From: an uncultured Gammaproteobacteria bacterium
GTDB lineage: Bacteria; Patescibacteriota; Microgenomatia; UBA8517
Reading direction: 5' to 3'
Length of the DNA: 64,000 nucleotides
NCBI GenBank assembly: GCA_964610395.1
Contig: CAZSXP010000002.1
Coordinates: 10,192 to 74,191, forward strand
Shown: in pieces, positions 8,906 through 17,734 of the stretch
Layout of the letters: every line of letters begins with the position of its first letter
How positions within the stretch are numbered: position 1 is the stretch's first letter
Notes under the pieces: generated by a model
What the model saw: only the letters and a program-made list of their open reading frames with translations
Databases searched by the model: none
What the model was told of the DNA's origin: nothing
Made by a program: the position numbers and the translations under genes

Positions 8906-9528
8906 CTTACTCTCCCCTCTATTGCTTCTTGTTGTTCTTCTGTTCGAAGGTCTTGTAAAACTTTTGCAACTTTGTCAGGATATGGAACTGCTAAAAAATC
9001 AAAATTGGGAACTTCGGAGGCTGTTTGGATCATTACATCACCATAATTGAAAAGTGTTCTTATTACCCCTCCCATTTTATAGGTAACATCTTGAATTTTA
9101 TCAATATTGGCGTCACTTACTTCTTTATAAATTAAATTATAAAAATCAATGTCAATTATTCTTTCGTCAGTAACTATATAAACATTAAAAAACCAAGTTA
9201 AAAAACTCTCTAATATGTAAGCTGTAGTTATTAAATACCAAATCATTATAAAGATAAATCTAAAATTAGAAGGTACTGATTCTAGAATTGACAAAGACAT
9301 CACAACAGTTGGAGTTAAAAGCATAATAAATCCTGTAAAAATCCAAGGGATGTTTGTAATAAAATGTTTTCTTAAAAAAAGAATTACTTTTTCTTCCTTT
9401 TCTCTTGTTTCAAAATTAATACCATGAGGAACCATTAAAAAAGAGGCAAGTGGATATCTTTCTTGCATCGGAAGATCTTTGTATAAAGCTTTCTTTCCTT
9501 TTTTAGAAGATACAAAAACATCTGGCAT
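8902..9528 (-). CDS. bacterial PH-domain (bPH_2/DUF304, YdbT-like) membrane protein
   Basis: Two TM helices followed by a YdbS/YdbT-like motif (IDKIQDVTYKMGGVIRTLFNYGDVMIQTA). Confidence 0.5.
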   Translation of the reverse strand: MPDVFVSSKKGKKALYKDLPMQERYPLASFLMVPHGINFETREKEEKVILFLRKHFITNIPWIFTGFIMLLTPTVVMSLSILESVPSNFRFIFIMIWYLITTAYILESFLTWFFNVYIVTDERIIDIDFYNLIYKEVSDANIDKIQDVTYKMGGVIRTLFNYGDVMIQTASEVPNFDFLAVPYPDKVAKVLQDLRTEEQQEAIEGRVR

Positions 9529-9545
9529 AGATCTATTATATCAGA

Positions 9546-11234
9546 TCAAATCTTTTCGATGTTAAATAATGACGATTTAATACCAATATATCCAGGTGCT
9601 CTTAAATTAAATGCTTTTTTAAATTCATCTCCTGTCATGTTGACACTTCCTTTATTTGTTCCAAAACTTACGGATTGTGTTGTGCCGTTATTATTATAAA
9701 TAACTGACACAGACGAGACTGAGGTAAAACCACCAATCTCTGAGAGATCATTCATTGAATACGGATTTCCACCCCAACAAGATGTATCAACAGGAGAAAT
9801 TCTACTTACATCCCCTCCTCCTGAGGTTAAAACTTTCCAAGCATTTAAAATGTCAGCCAGTTCTTCTGATTTTAACCATGGATTTGATTTGCCACAGGTT
9901 GATCCTCCTCTTGATTTATACCATGCTTTATAAAACCATGGTGATCCACCAACTTTTTCGTATGCAGTTGAGGGCCAATCTCCTGATGTATCTCTAATTC
10001 CATTCCATCCCCACTGAGAGATTGTAAAACCACCAGAAGAAGCTGCATAATAGGTTTTTGCAAGTGCACCATCTTTTTTAAGAACCCATCCACGTGTTAC
10101 ACGTACAGCTTCTGCCCATTTACCAGATTTGAGTTGAGATTTATAAACCTGACAAGATTCAGTCGTGCAGATATTTCCTGCGCCATTATTTGTATAATTT
10201 AAAGCGTAAGTACGAGCCGCGACAGCCTGGGCCTTGAGGGCCTCAAAACCCCCATTATCGCCCCAGCTTTCAGGGACTTCATAAATACCTAATAGGTAAT
10301 TTTCCTCGAACGCTACACGTCCAATCCCCGTAACTCCAATTGTCGCTGGTACTGGGTATGATTTTTCTAAAGTTGAACCTTGATAGTATGCAGATAAAAT
10401 AGCTTCAGCGTTTTGTCCTGATTTACTTCTTCCGTATGCCCCATATTGACTCATTCCAGTTCTGTGTGGTGCCCCAAAAGAAAAAGCTGCAAAAGCTGGA
10501 GAAAACCCAGGATTACAAAAATTTGATGAGTTTGGAGGACCAGAACACGGCTCTAAAGTTCCAGGAGTATCTCCAACAGAAGTTGAAAAACCACCGGCTT
10601 TCAAGGCCTGTAAATTTTGTTGTTTTGAACTAAGTGTACTTAAATACCCCTCGACTTTGCTTACTTCTCCTGCCAAAAATTTTTCATTCTCAGCTACTTT
10701 TGATTTTAAAACTGCTAACGTTGATTTTGATTTTTCCAAATTTTCTTTGTCAGTTTTTAACTTTCCTAAATCATCTGCATATTTTTCCATTTGTTTACGG
10801 TCGCTGTCTGCAGCTTTTTGCCTAAAATTAACTTCTCGAAACGCAGAAGTTGCGTCATTTGATGCTATAAACGGCATAATTGGGTCGTATAATCTTAAAA
10901 AGATATAGCTACTTTTTGTTTTTTCTTCAAAAAGTATTTTTGCATATCCTAAGTCATCTTCTCTATCTTTAATATTTATTTCGTTTTTCTTTAATTGAAT
11001 AGACAAACTATCAATTTTTTTGTTTAAAGATGTAATTTGGTTTCGTAAATTATTAAGCTCAGTTTTGTTTTTTTCTTGAGCAGGAGATAACGCATCAATT
11101 TCTCTTTGAATTCCATCTATTTGACACTGAAGGTCAGATCCGCAGTCTTGTGCCTCTGCAACTGAATTAATAATTAAAAAATAAGAAATAAGAATTATAA
11201 ACAAAACAACAAATAATTTAATAACCTTAGACAT
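9546..11234 (-). CDS. SpoIID/LytB-domain protein with N-terminal coiled-coil
   Basis: Signal-anchor, long coiled-coil, then a SpoIID-type domain (ALKAQAVAARTYAL...NICTTESCQVYKS). Confidence 0.6.
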   Translation of the reverse strand: MSKVIKLFVVLFIILISYFLIINSVAEAQDCGSDLQCQIDGIQREIDALSPAQEKNKTELNNLRNQITSLNKKIDSLSIQLKKNEINIKDREDDLGYAKILFEEKTKSSYIFLRLYDPIMPFIASNDATSAFREVNFRQKAADSDRKQMEKYADDLGKLKTDKENLEKSKSTLAVLKSKVAENEKFLAGEVSKVEGYLSTLSSKQQNLQALKAGGFSTSVGDTPGTLEPCSGPPNSSNFCNPGFSPAFAAFSFGAPHRTGMSQYGAYGRSKSGQNAEAILSAYYQGSTLEKSYPVPATIGVTGIGRVAFEENYLLGIYEVPESWGDNGGFEALKAQAVAARTYALNYTNNGAGNICTTESCQVYKSQLKSGKWAEAVRVTRGWVLKKDGALAKTYYAASSGGFTISQWGWNGIRDTSGDWPSTAYEKVGGSPWFYKAWYKSRGGSTCGKSNPWLKSEELADILNAWKVLTSGGGDVSRISPVDTSCWGGNPYSMNDLSEIGGFTSVSSVSVIYNNNGTTQSVSFGTNKGSVNMTGDEFKKAFNLRAPGYIGIKSSLFNIEKI

Positions 11235-11274
11235 CTATTTATTATAGCAGTTGATATGTGTTAAAATTTGGAAG

Positions 11275-11634
11275 ATGAAAAAAATAATTCTAAGTCTATT
11301 TCTATTTTTAGCTATATTCTCCACAAATGTGGTTAAAACTTCAGCACAACTTAGTGATTGTGGAATTGATACTGCCATTGGATGTATACCAGTTTCTGAT
11401 ACAAATGAATTTATGGGGTGGATATTGGGTTGGGCAGTTGGAGTTGGTGGTGGAATTGCATTTTTACTAATTGTTTATGCTAGTTTTATGGTAATGACAA
11501 GTCAAGGAGTTCCAGATAGATTAAAGGCGGGACAAGAATTACTAACATCAGCAATTTCAGGTTTGATTATGTTAATTTTCTCAGTCTTTATACTAAATTT
11601 TATAGGAATTGATATACTAGGTATATTTACATAA
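11275..11634 (+). CDS. pilin-like small two-TM protein, paralog 1 (VirB2/TrbC-like T4SS pilin candidate)
   Basis: Signal peptide, TM1, short loop, then TM2. Shares the family motif TM-(S/T)xG(D/A)-loop-A/K...IxxxIxG-TM...IVKLI with paralogs 2-8. Confidence 0.5.
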   Translation: MKKIILSLFLFLAIFSTNVVKTSAQLSDCGIDTAIGCIPVSDTNEFMGWILGWAVGVGGGIAFLLIVYASFMVMTSQGVPDRLKAGQELLTSAISGLIMLIFSVFILNFIGIDILGIFT

Positions 11635-11958
11635 ATGCAAGATTCACCATTTAAAGACATTGACATAGATACTGTTGGTAGTCCTGTCGTTGATATAAAC
11701 AGCGACAATTTAGATTTTGGATCAATAATTACTGGAGTTTTGCCCTACATTTTTGCTATAGCAGGTGTAGTTTTACTTTTTAATATTATCTCATCTGGAC
11801 TTAAAATGATGACGTCAGTTGGAGATCCAAAAGTAATGCAGGCAGCACAAGCAAAACTTACAACGTCAGTGATTGGAATTTTAATTTTATTTACATCATT
11901 TTGGATAGTAAAGCTTATAATGCAATTTATTGGTTTTAATGTGGTCTTATTTAATTAA
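11635..11958 (+). CDS. pilin-like small two-TM protein, paralog 2
   Basis: Conserved ...MMTSVGDPKVMQAAQAKLTTSVIGILILFTSFWIVKLIMQFIG; abuts paralog 1 (taaATG). Confidence 0.5.
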   Translation: MQDSPFKDIDIDTVGSPVVDINSDNLDFGSIITGVLPYIFAIAGVVLLFNIISSGLKMMTSVGDPKVMQAAQAKLTTSVIGILILFTSFWIVKLIMQFIGFNVVLFN

Positions 11959-11960
11959 TA

Positions 11961-12281
11961 ATGAAAAACTTAGCAATTAATATTGGTACAACTTTTTTAA
12001 ATGACACTCGTGGTGATTTATATAGAGTTGATAGTATAAGTAGATATGTTTCTGCAATCATTACAGGTGCAATTTCAATTGCAGGAATAATTTTATTATT
12101 TATTTTAATTGGTGGTGGTATTGGAATGATTTCAGGGGCTGGGAAATCAGATCCTCAAACTGTTGAAAAGGGTAAAAAAGCAGCAACTTCTGCCCTAATC
12201 GGCTTCATAGTTGTATTTTGCTCATATTGGATAGTAAAATTGATAGAGCAAATTACAGGACTATCTTTAATATCACTTTAA
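11961..12281 (+). CDS. pilin-like small two-TM protein, paralog 3
   Basis: Motif ISGAGKSDPQTVEKGKKAATSALIGFIVVFCSYWIVKLIEQITG. Confidence 0.5.
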   Translation: MKNLAINIGTTFLNDTRGDLYRVDSISRYVSAIITGAISIAGIILLFILIGGGIGMISGAGKSDPQTVEKGKKAATSALIGFIVVFCSYWIVKLIEQITGLSLISL

Positions 12282-12283
12282 CT

Positions 12284-12634
12284 ATGCAAAATTTAATAGC
12301 AGAAAATCCGTTTGGTGAAGTAACAATTCCAGCTGGTCTTTCTAGTTATGGTACGGAGCCAGGCCCTGCTTTTGGAAAATTAATCCAATTTGGGCTTAGG
12401 GCTTTAATAGTTGGTGCAGGTATCTATGCCCTATTTAATTTAGTTCTTGCAGGTTATGCTTTTATGTCTGCAGGAGATGATAGCAAAAAAGTTGCAGGTG
12501 CTTGGAGCCAAATTAGTCAGACATTAATCGGCCTTGCCTTTGCAGCTGGTGCATTTGTCTTAGCAGCCATAATAGGACAATTGATATTTAAAAACCCACT
12601 ATTTTTACTCAACCCAGTAATACCTGAACCATGA
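12284..12634 (+). CDS. pilin-like small two-TM protein, paralog 4
   Basis: Motif MSAGDDSKKVAGAW...LIGLAF..., more divergent. The ATG at 12284 (MQNLIAENPFG) is preferred over the overlapping track start. Confidence 0.45.
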   Translation: MQNLIAENPFGEVTIPAGLSSYGTEPGPAFGKLIQFGLRALIVGAGIYALFNLVLAGYAFMSAGDDSKKVAGAWSQISQTLIGLAFAAGAFVLAAIIGQLIFKNPLFLLNPVIPEP

Positions 12635-12993
12635 TGAATAAAATTGCACAAATAAAACTTTCACCCGACGGAGGATATAAAGGCTTTGGGCCCTTGGGGC
12701 TTGAACAAGGTCAAAATGGTATATCTGTTTTTGCAACATTTATTTCTTCTGCAGTTGGACTTATAACAATAATCGGTATTATCTGGGTAGTTTTTATAAT
12801 AGTAACTGGATCGGTTAGTATTATAACCTCAGGTGGAGATAAGCAAGCCCTTGAGGCTGCAAGAAAAAGGATTGCAAATGGCATAATTGGACTTGTAGTA
12901 TTAATTTCATCACTATTTATACTGTCGTTAATTGGAAAGTTAATTGGATTACCAAGCATATTAGACATTGCAACTATGATTGGATTACTATGA
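12631..12993 (+). CDS. pilin-like small two-TM protein, paralog 5
   Basis: Motif ITSGGDKQALEAARKRIANGIIGLVVLISSLFILSLIGKLIG. Confidence 0.5.
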   Translation: MMNKIAQIKLSPDGGYKGFGPLGLEQGQNGISVFATFISSAVGLITIIGIIWVVFIIVTGSVSIITSGGDKQALEAARKRIANGIIGLVVLISSLFILSLIGKLIGLPSILDIATMIGLL

Positions 12994-13367
12994 ACACTAA
13001 TTCACTATTAGCTGGGGCTGGCGTTACTGGAGATGGAAAAATCTCTAATCCCGCCATCGGAAACACACTTAATCAGATGTTGCTTAATTTACCTGAGTTT
13101 TATTTTGCTGATTTAATCAGTAGAACTATTGGTCTTTTATTTGTTTTTGGAGCACTTGCTTTTTTCTTTATGTTTCTTTGGGGGGCAATTACTTGGATAT
13201 TATCTGGTGGGGATAAAGCTCATGTTGAAAACGCTAGAGGTAGAATTACAAACGCTTTAATTGGTTTTGTATTAATGATTGCAACATTTGCAATAGTAAA
13301 ACTTATAGAAGCCTTTTTTGGAATTGATATTTTGTCTATTGACATAGGGCCTTTAGTCATTCAATAA
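12990..13367 (+). CDS. pilin-like small two-TM protein, paralog 6
   Basis: Motif LSGGDKAHVENARGRITNALIGFVLMIATFAIVKLIEAFFGIDIL. Confidence 0.5.
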   Translation: MNTNSLLAGAGVTGDGKISNPAIGNTLNQMLLNLPEFYFADLISRTIGLLFVFGALAFFFMFLWGAITWILSGGDKAHVENARGRITNALIGFVLMIATFAIVKLIEAFFGIDILSIDIGPLVIQ

Positions 13368-13380
13368 TACATATATAAAC

Positions 13381-13737
13381 ATGAATTTACTTGCAAGCGC
13401 AAATTATATAGCTCAAACAACAATTGATATTGGCAATAAAACAAAGTTGGGTGGTTTTGGTAATGCAACAGATTTAAGAATTGAGAATATGGTTTCAGGT
13501 TTTATTGGATTGATTTTAGTAATTGCAGGTTTAGCTTTCTTCTTTATTTTAGTTATTGGTGGAATTAAGTGGATTGTCTCAGGAGGAGACAAAGCTCACA
13601 CAGAAGGTGCTAGAAATCAAATTACAGCGGCTCTTGTCGGTTTAGTTATAGTTTTCTCTGCTTGGGCAATAGTTGCATTAATCAAATCATTCTTTGGAAT
13701 AGATCTTTTAAAGCTAACTATTCCATCTGGACAATAA
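13381..13737 (+). CDS. pilin-like small two-TM protein, paralog 7
   Basis: Motif VSGGDKAHTEGARNQITAALVGLVIVFSAWAIVALIKSFFGIDLL; closest to paralog 6. Confidence 0.5.
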   Translation: MNLLASANYIAQTTIDIGNKTKLGGFGNATDLRIENMVSGFIGLILVIAGLAFFFILVIGGIKWIVSGGDKAHTEGARNQITAALVGLVIVFSAWAIVALIKSFFGIDLLKLTIPSGQ

Positions 13738-13786
13738 ATAATCTTCTCTTGCTCAATTTTATTCTTTAGTCTAAACTTACTTTTAT

Positions 13787-14065
13787 ATGGCAAGTCCTGC
13801 ACCGTTATCAGCATTAGAAGACGTTTTTGGAAGTGTAGTTACTTCCCTTCTTGCGTTAGGTGGAATAGTTTTATTTTTAATGCTTCTGTCGGGTGGGTTT
13901 AAATATTTAACGTCTGGAGGTGACCCAAAGGCAGTAGAAGGGGCAAAAAACACATTAACTTATGCAATAGGTGGTTTAGTTCTTTTGGCCTTCTCATATT
14001 TGATTTTAGTCATTATCGGAACATTTACAGGAGCCGATGTCACTAATTTTGTGATTACTAAATGA
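13787..14065 (+). CDS. pilin-like small two-TM protein, paralog 8
   Basis: Motif LTSGGDPKAVEGAKNTLTYAIGGLVLLAFSYLILVIIGTFTG. Confidence 0.5.
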   Translation: MASPAPLSALEDVFGSVVTSLLALGGIVLFLMLLSGGFKYLTSGGDPKAVEGAKNTLTYAIGGLVLLAFSYLILVIIGTFTGADVTNFVITK

Positions 14066-16602
14066 AAACACTGCCTAAATTCTTTCTACCACGTAGTGGC
14101 AAGCTTTGCTTATTTTTATTCGTCGCAGTTTCACTCTTCACTATTCACTATTCACTATTCACTCAATCAGCAATAGCCGACATCGAGGCTTTTCCACAAA
14201 TTGGGTATCCATGCGACGGTCCTGGTCTTGATCCAGAATTTCATTCACTTCGTCCATATCAAGCTGCTGTCTGTGGTGATGCAAACAAGGCATTGTATTG
14301 TAGCAATGAATTAAAATTTATTGAATCATTTGATTTAACTCGTGAATGCGATATAAATGGTCATACTAGTGATTTTGATTGTAATCCTAATTTTAATGTT
14401 GATGAACATAATTTATATGTTGAACTAACAGATTCAATGTTTCCTATCATGGGAAATACAGAAGATACTTTTGATGATGCACAAAAAGTAAATGAATATG
14501 CAAGTTGGTATTTATCAGGTGTTAATAATCGAGCAGAATATGGAGAAAATACAGATGAACGAGTTGTTAATTTCTCAGGCCCAATCCAAAAACTTTTACC
14601 ATCAATGATTCAAGATGCTCAAAGAATTTCCACAATTGCCTCTGCTTCAGCATTAACAACCTATATAGATGAAGACACTCAACAAGAGGTTGAAAATGAA
14701 CCATTAAATCATAATCAAATAGTTGTTTGTGCAAAAGAAGAAGGTCTTGGATGGCTTGGAGATTTATTAGGTATTGGAGTGACAAATCCAAAACCTTGTT
14801 ATAGTAATGACAAATATAGACTTAAAGAATGGAATGATGATTTATCTATTTTTAATGGAATATTAAACAGAATTGGAACTGATATATGGAATAAAAGGAC
14901 TCCTCCACTTCCATGGGCAGATAAAAATGGAGACCCATTTGAAAGCCAACAGGCATATCAAAAAGCATATAACGAATGGCGAGGTGAATCTTGTGCAAAA
15001 ATTCCTTTTATTGACCTTCTGTTATGTATAGATAATCCATTTGTCCCAAACAAGTGGGCGGACTTATATCAATATATTCCCCTATCAAATACAACAGATA
15101 AAAAAGGTGCGGAGAGAATTTTAGATGTTATGTTTAAACCATCAAATGGAACAGAAATTGCAAATGAAAAATATGATGAGGCAAATAAAAAAAGTGCTCC
15201 ACTTTATTTTGCACATACGGAGGAAGTCAAAGAATCATCAAAATTATTAAATACAACATACCTTCCAAAAGATTACGAGAGTGAACCTTTACCTGAAACA
15301 ACAGAAAAAAATGTATGTAGTGCAGTTAATGTCAGAACAAACAAGGGCGATAATTTATTTCCGGGTGATAGGGCAGGGACAAAAGATGAAATTGTAATCC
15401 CTGGTGTTACGTATGACATAACCCAGGTTTTGTGTAAAGTTACTAAAACAACAGTTCCAATAATAGATCACGTAACTAAAAAGATAATAGGATACAAAGA
15501 TGTTTATACACACCATTGTAATGCAGAAGTTATACTGGTTGTCCCAACAGATATTAAAGTTCCAAATGCTGATGAAATTTATTCAACGACAGTTGCAGAT
15601 TCTGGTAGTACTTTTAGAAAAATATTTCCGAAAGTAGAGGACGGCGCACCAGTAACTTGTATTGCTGATATTCCAGCAGTTACTGGAGTTACTTATAATG
15701 CTGAGAGGAGCGAAACTCCAAACAAAGGGACTTTGGAATTTAAAGTTAAAAGTTATCCTGAAGATGGAGCAGGTAATAACCCAGAATTAACTTTCCCACA
15801 TATTGGTTCAGTTTATGAATATTTCTTAAAAGGAATTCAAACTGCCCTTAGGCCTAAAGGCTACGGCGAACCAATTGCTGATGGAACACTTTGTAAGCCA
15901 TCCTTGGCCTGTGGTGAATTGCCCGAACTTCCAAAAGCATCAGGGTCATGCAATTTGGGTGGAATAAGCTCAAGGGTTGGAGATATCCCCCAATCATTAA
16001 AAGACATCGTTTCAGCAGCAGCAGAAACATACAAAGTCCCACCAAATTTAATTTTGGGTATTATGTATGGAGAGGGACTTTTTAATCCGGGTAGGTTCGA
16101 TTGGACAGATGAAAATGTAAAAAATTGGGCAACTTGCACTCCAGTTCCAGGTTGTCAAACAAGTGGAGATGATCATTTTATGGGTTTCAATGGAAATACT
16201 TGGCAAAATGTTGCCAAAAAAATTAAACCTGATCTACAAAAACTCGATCCTGATCGCGGAGAACCAAATGTTTGTAATTTACTCGATGCTGTTTATGGTT
16301 TGGCGTGGAATCTTTATGACAGTGCCGACGGGGGAATGGCTTTTCAATGTTTCGGGAAAGATTTACAAGCTTCTATTCCATCTTCTTGTACATGGAATGA
16401 TAATCAATATATATCCGCAATAAAAATTGCTGAAAATGGTTATGAAAATGGGTGTTTTACTCTCAAAAATAGTTGTGCTACTGGTGGCGGTTATGCTGCA
16501 CTTTGTCCAGGTGGTGGAGATACTTGTGAGACAATAACTAATAGAGATCCATCTGCCCCATCACACATGGGTTGTGTTTTTGACGTTGCTAAAGGTAAGT
16601 AA
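14062..16602 (+). CDS. large Cys-rich secreted protein with C-terminal lytic-transglycosylase-like (SLT-like) region; VirB1-like candidate
   Basis: N-terminal signal peptide, more than 30 Cys, and C-terminal PPNLILGIMYGEGLFNP resembling the SLT motif (..ES.FNP). Co-operonic with the pilin array. Confidence 0.35.
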   Translation: MKTLPKFFLPRSGKLCLFLFVAVSLFTIHYSLFTQSAIADIEAFPQIGYPCDGPGLDPEFHSLRPYQAAVCGDANKALYCSNELKFIESFDLTRECDINGHTSDFDCNPNFNVDEHNLYVELTDSMFPIMGNTEDTFDDAQKVNEYASWYLSGVNNRAEYGENTDERVVNFSGPIQKLLPSMIQDAQRISTIASASALTTYIDEDTQQEVENEPLNHNQIVVCAKEEGLGWLGDLLGIGVTNPKPCYSNDKYRLKEWNDDLSIFNGILNRIGTDIWNKRTPPLPWADKNGDPFESQQAYQKAYNEWRGESCAKIPFIDLLLCIDNPFVPNKWADLYQYIPLSNTTDKKGAERILDVMFKPSNGTEIANEKYDEANKKSAPLYFAHTEEVKESSKLLNTTYLPKDYESEPLPETTEKNVCSAVNVRTNKGDNLFPGDRAGTKDEIVIPGVTYDITQVLCKVTKTTVPIIDHVTKKIIGYKDVYTHHCNAEVILVVPTDIKVPNADEIYSTTVADSGSTFRKIFPKVEDGAPVTCIADIPAVTGVTYNAERSETPNKGTLEFKVKSYPEDGAGNNPELTFPHIGSVYEYFLKGIQTALRPKGYGEPIADGTLCKPSLACGELPELPKASGSCNLGGISSRVGDIPQSLKDIVSAAAETYKVPPNLILGIMYGEGLFNPGRFDWTDENVKNWATCTPVPGCQTSGDDHFMGFNGNTWQNVAKKIKPDLQKLDPDRGEPNVCNLLDAVYGLAWNLYDSADGGMAFQCFGKDLQASIPSSCTWNDNQYISAIKIAENGYENGCFTLKNSCATGGGYAALCPGGGDTCETITNRDPSAPSHMGCVFDVAKGK

Positions 16603-17388
16603 TCAACTTAAAAAATATTTTCCTCCACTTTCAATAATCATCCCTTTAATCCCCATAATTGATAAGGTAGATCCAATTTCTACAACACTTGCTCCTAATT
16701 TCTGTGCAATCTCATCAATTTCCATTGGTTCTAGTTGTAAAATCTTATATATTTGTTCTTCTTGTTTGTTTTCAAAAATCATATCTAATATTTCTACTTT
16801 CTTCTTTTTTATTCTTAGTATATCTGCCGCACTTGTGGCCATTTGGGCGTCGCCTGATTTTATTAATTCATTACATCCAACAGAAACGGAAGAATTAATT
16901 GACCCAGGAACTGCCCAAACTTTTTTGCTCATTTTCTTAGCTATTTTTGCAGTGACTAAACTACCACTATTTTCTCCTGCCTCAATTACCAAAACACCCA
17001 AGCTTGCAAGCCCTGCAACTATTTTATTTCTTTGTGGAAATTTCCAGAGATGAGGTTTGGCATTGTCTTCATATTCGGAAACTACAGATCCACCTGTTTT
17101 TATAATTTCTTTATATAATTTTTCATTTTCAGCTGGGTAAATTACATCCAAACCACAACCAAAAACTGCAATTGTTTTTCCTCCATAATCAACAGTTTTT
17201 TGATGAACTTCAGTGTCCACCCCATACATAAAACCAGAAATTGTAGTTATTCCATTCATCACAAAATCACTAATAAATTTATCAACGACTTCTCTACCAT
17301 ATCTAGTCATTCTTCTAGAACCAACAATAGCTATTGAGTTTTTATTAATTGTAATAGGGTCTACTCCCCTAAAATGTAAGGTTTTCAT
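16603..17388 (-). CDS. dprA: DNA-processing protein DprA (Smf)
   Basis: Rossmann-like DprA core (IAIVGSRRMTRYG...VFGCGLDVIYPAEN...GENSGSLVTAKIA...AVPG). Confidence 0.8.
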   Translation of the reverse strand: MKTLHFRGVDPITINKNSIAIVGSRRMTRYGREVVDKFISDFVMNGITTISGFMYGVDTEVHQKTVDYGGKTIAVFGCGLDVIYPAENEKLYKEIIKTGGSVVSEYEDNAKPHLWKFPQRNKIVAGLASLGVLVIEAGENSGSLVTAKIAKKMSKKVWAVPGSINSSVSVGCNELIKSGDAQMATSAADILRIKKKKVEILDMIFENKQEEQIYKILQLEPMEIDEIAQKLGASVVEIGSTLSIMGIKGMIIESGGKYFLS

Positions 17389-17734
17389 AGTGTGTGATTC
17401 TGTCTGTTTCTTCTACAATACATACTGCATCTATTTGGTATCTGTCGAAACTTTTAGCAATGTCAGGATTTGTTAATAAATACATTTCTGCAGTTCTTCG
17501 AACTTGCATGAGTTTATTTTTTCCTATCATTTCTTCAGGAGTTCCATAATCTTCTGTACTTTTTAGTTTCACTTCTACAAAAACGAGTATCTCGTTTTTG
17601 GAAACAATTATGTCTAGTTCACCCCATTTAGTTGAATTATTTTTATCTAAAATCTTATATCCTCTATCTTCTAGCCATTTAGCCGCCATATCTTCCCCCT
17701 CTTTTCCTTTAAGTTTGTTAAATTGCTTAATCAT
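17369..17734 (-). CDS. yraN: YraN-family (UPF0102) endonuclease-like protein
   Basis: GEDMAAKWLEDRGYKILDKN...ELDIIV...VFVEVK pattern. Confidence 0.65.
   Translation of the reverse strand: MIKQFNKLKGKEGEDMAAKWLEDRGYKILDKNNSTKWGELDIIVSKNEILVFVEVKLKSTEDYGTPEEMIGKNKLMQVRRTAEMYLLTNPDIAKSFDRYQIDAVCIVEETDRITHYENLTF

Noticed and set aside
11275-14065. Alternative reading of the eight small two-TM proteins as holins or type IV (PilA/ComGC) pilins
   Set aside because: No phage lysis genes (endolysin or spanin) adjacent. No N-terminal G/FxxxE prepilin-peptidase motif. The signal peptide plus two-TM layout, with VirB4, VirB6-like and PrgI-like genes nearby, fits T4SS pilin subunits better.
14143-14165. 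Tandem TTCACTAT x3 repeat, considered as a possible CRISPR or microsatellite
   Set aside because: Only three 8-bp units, in-frame within the signal-peptide region of the 846-aa gene (…SLFTIHYSLFTQ…). No spacer-repeat architecture anywhere in the window.
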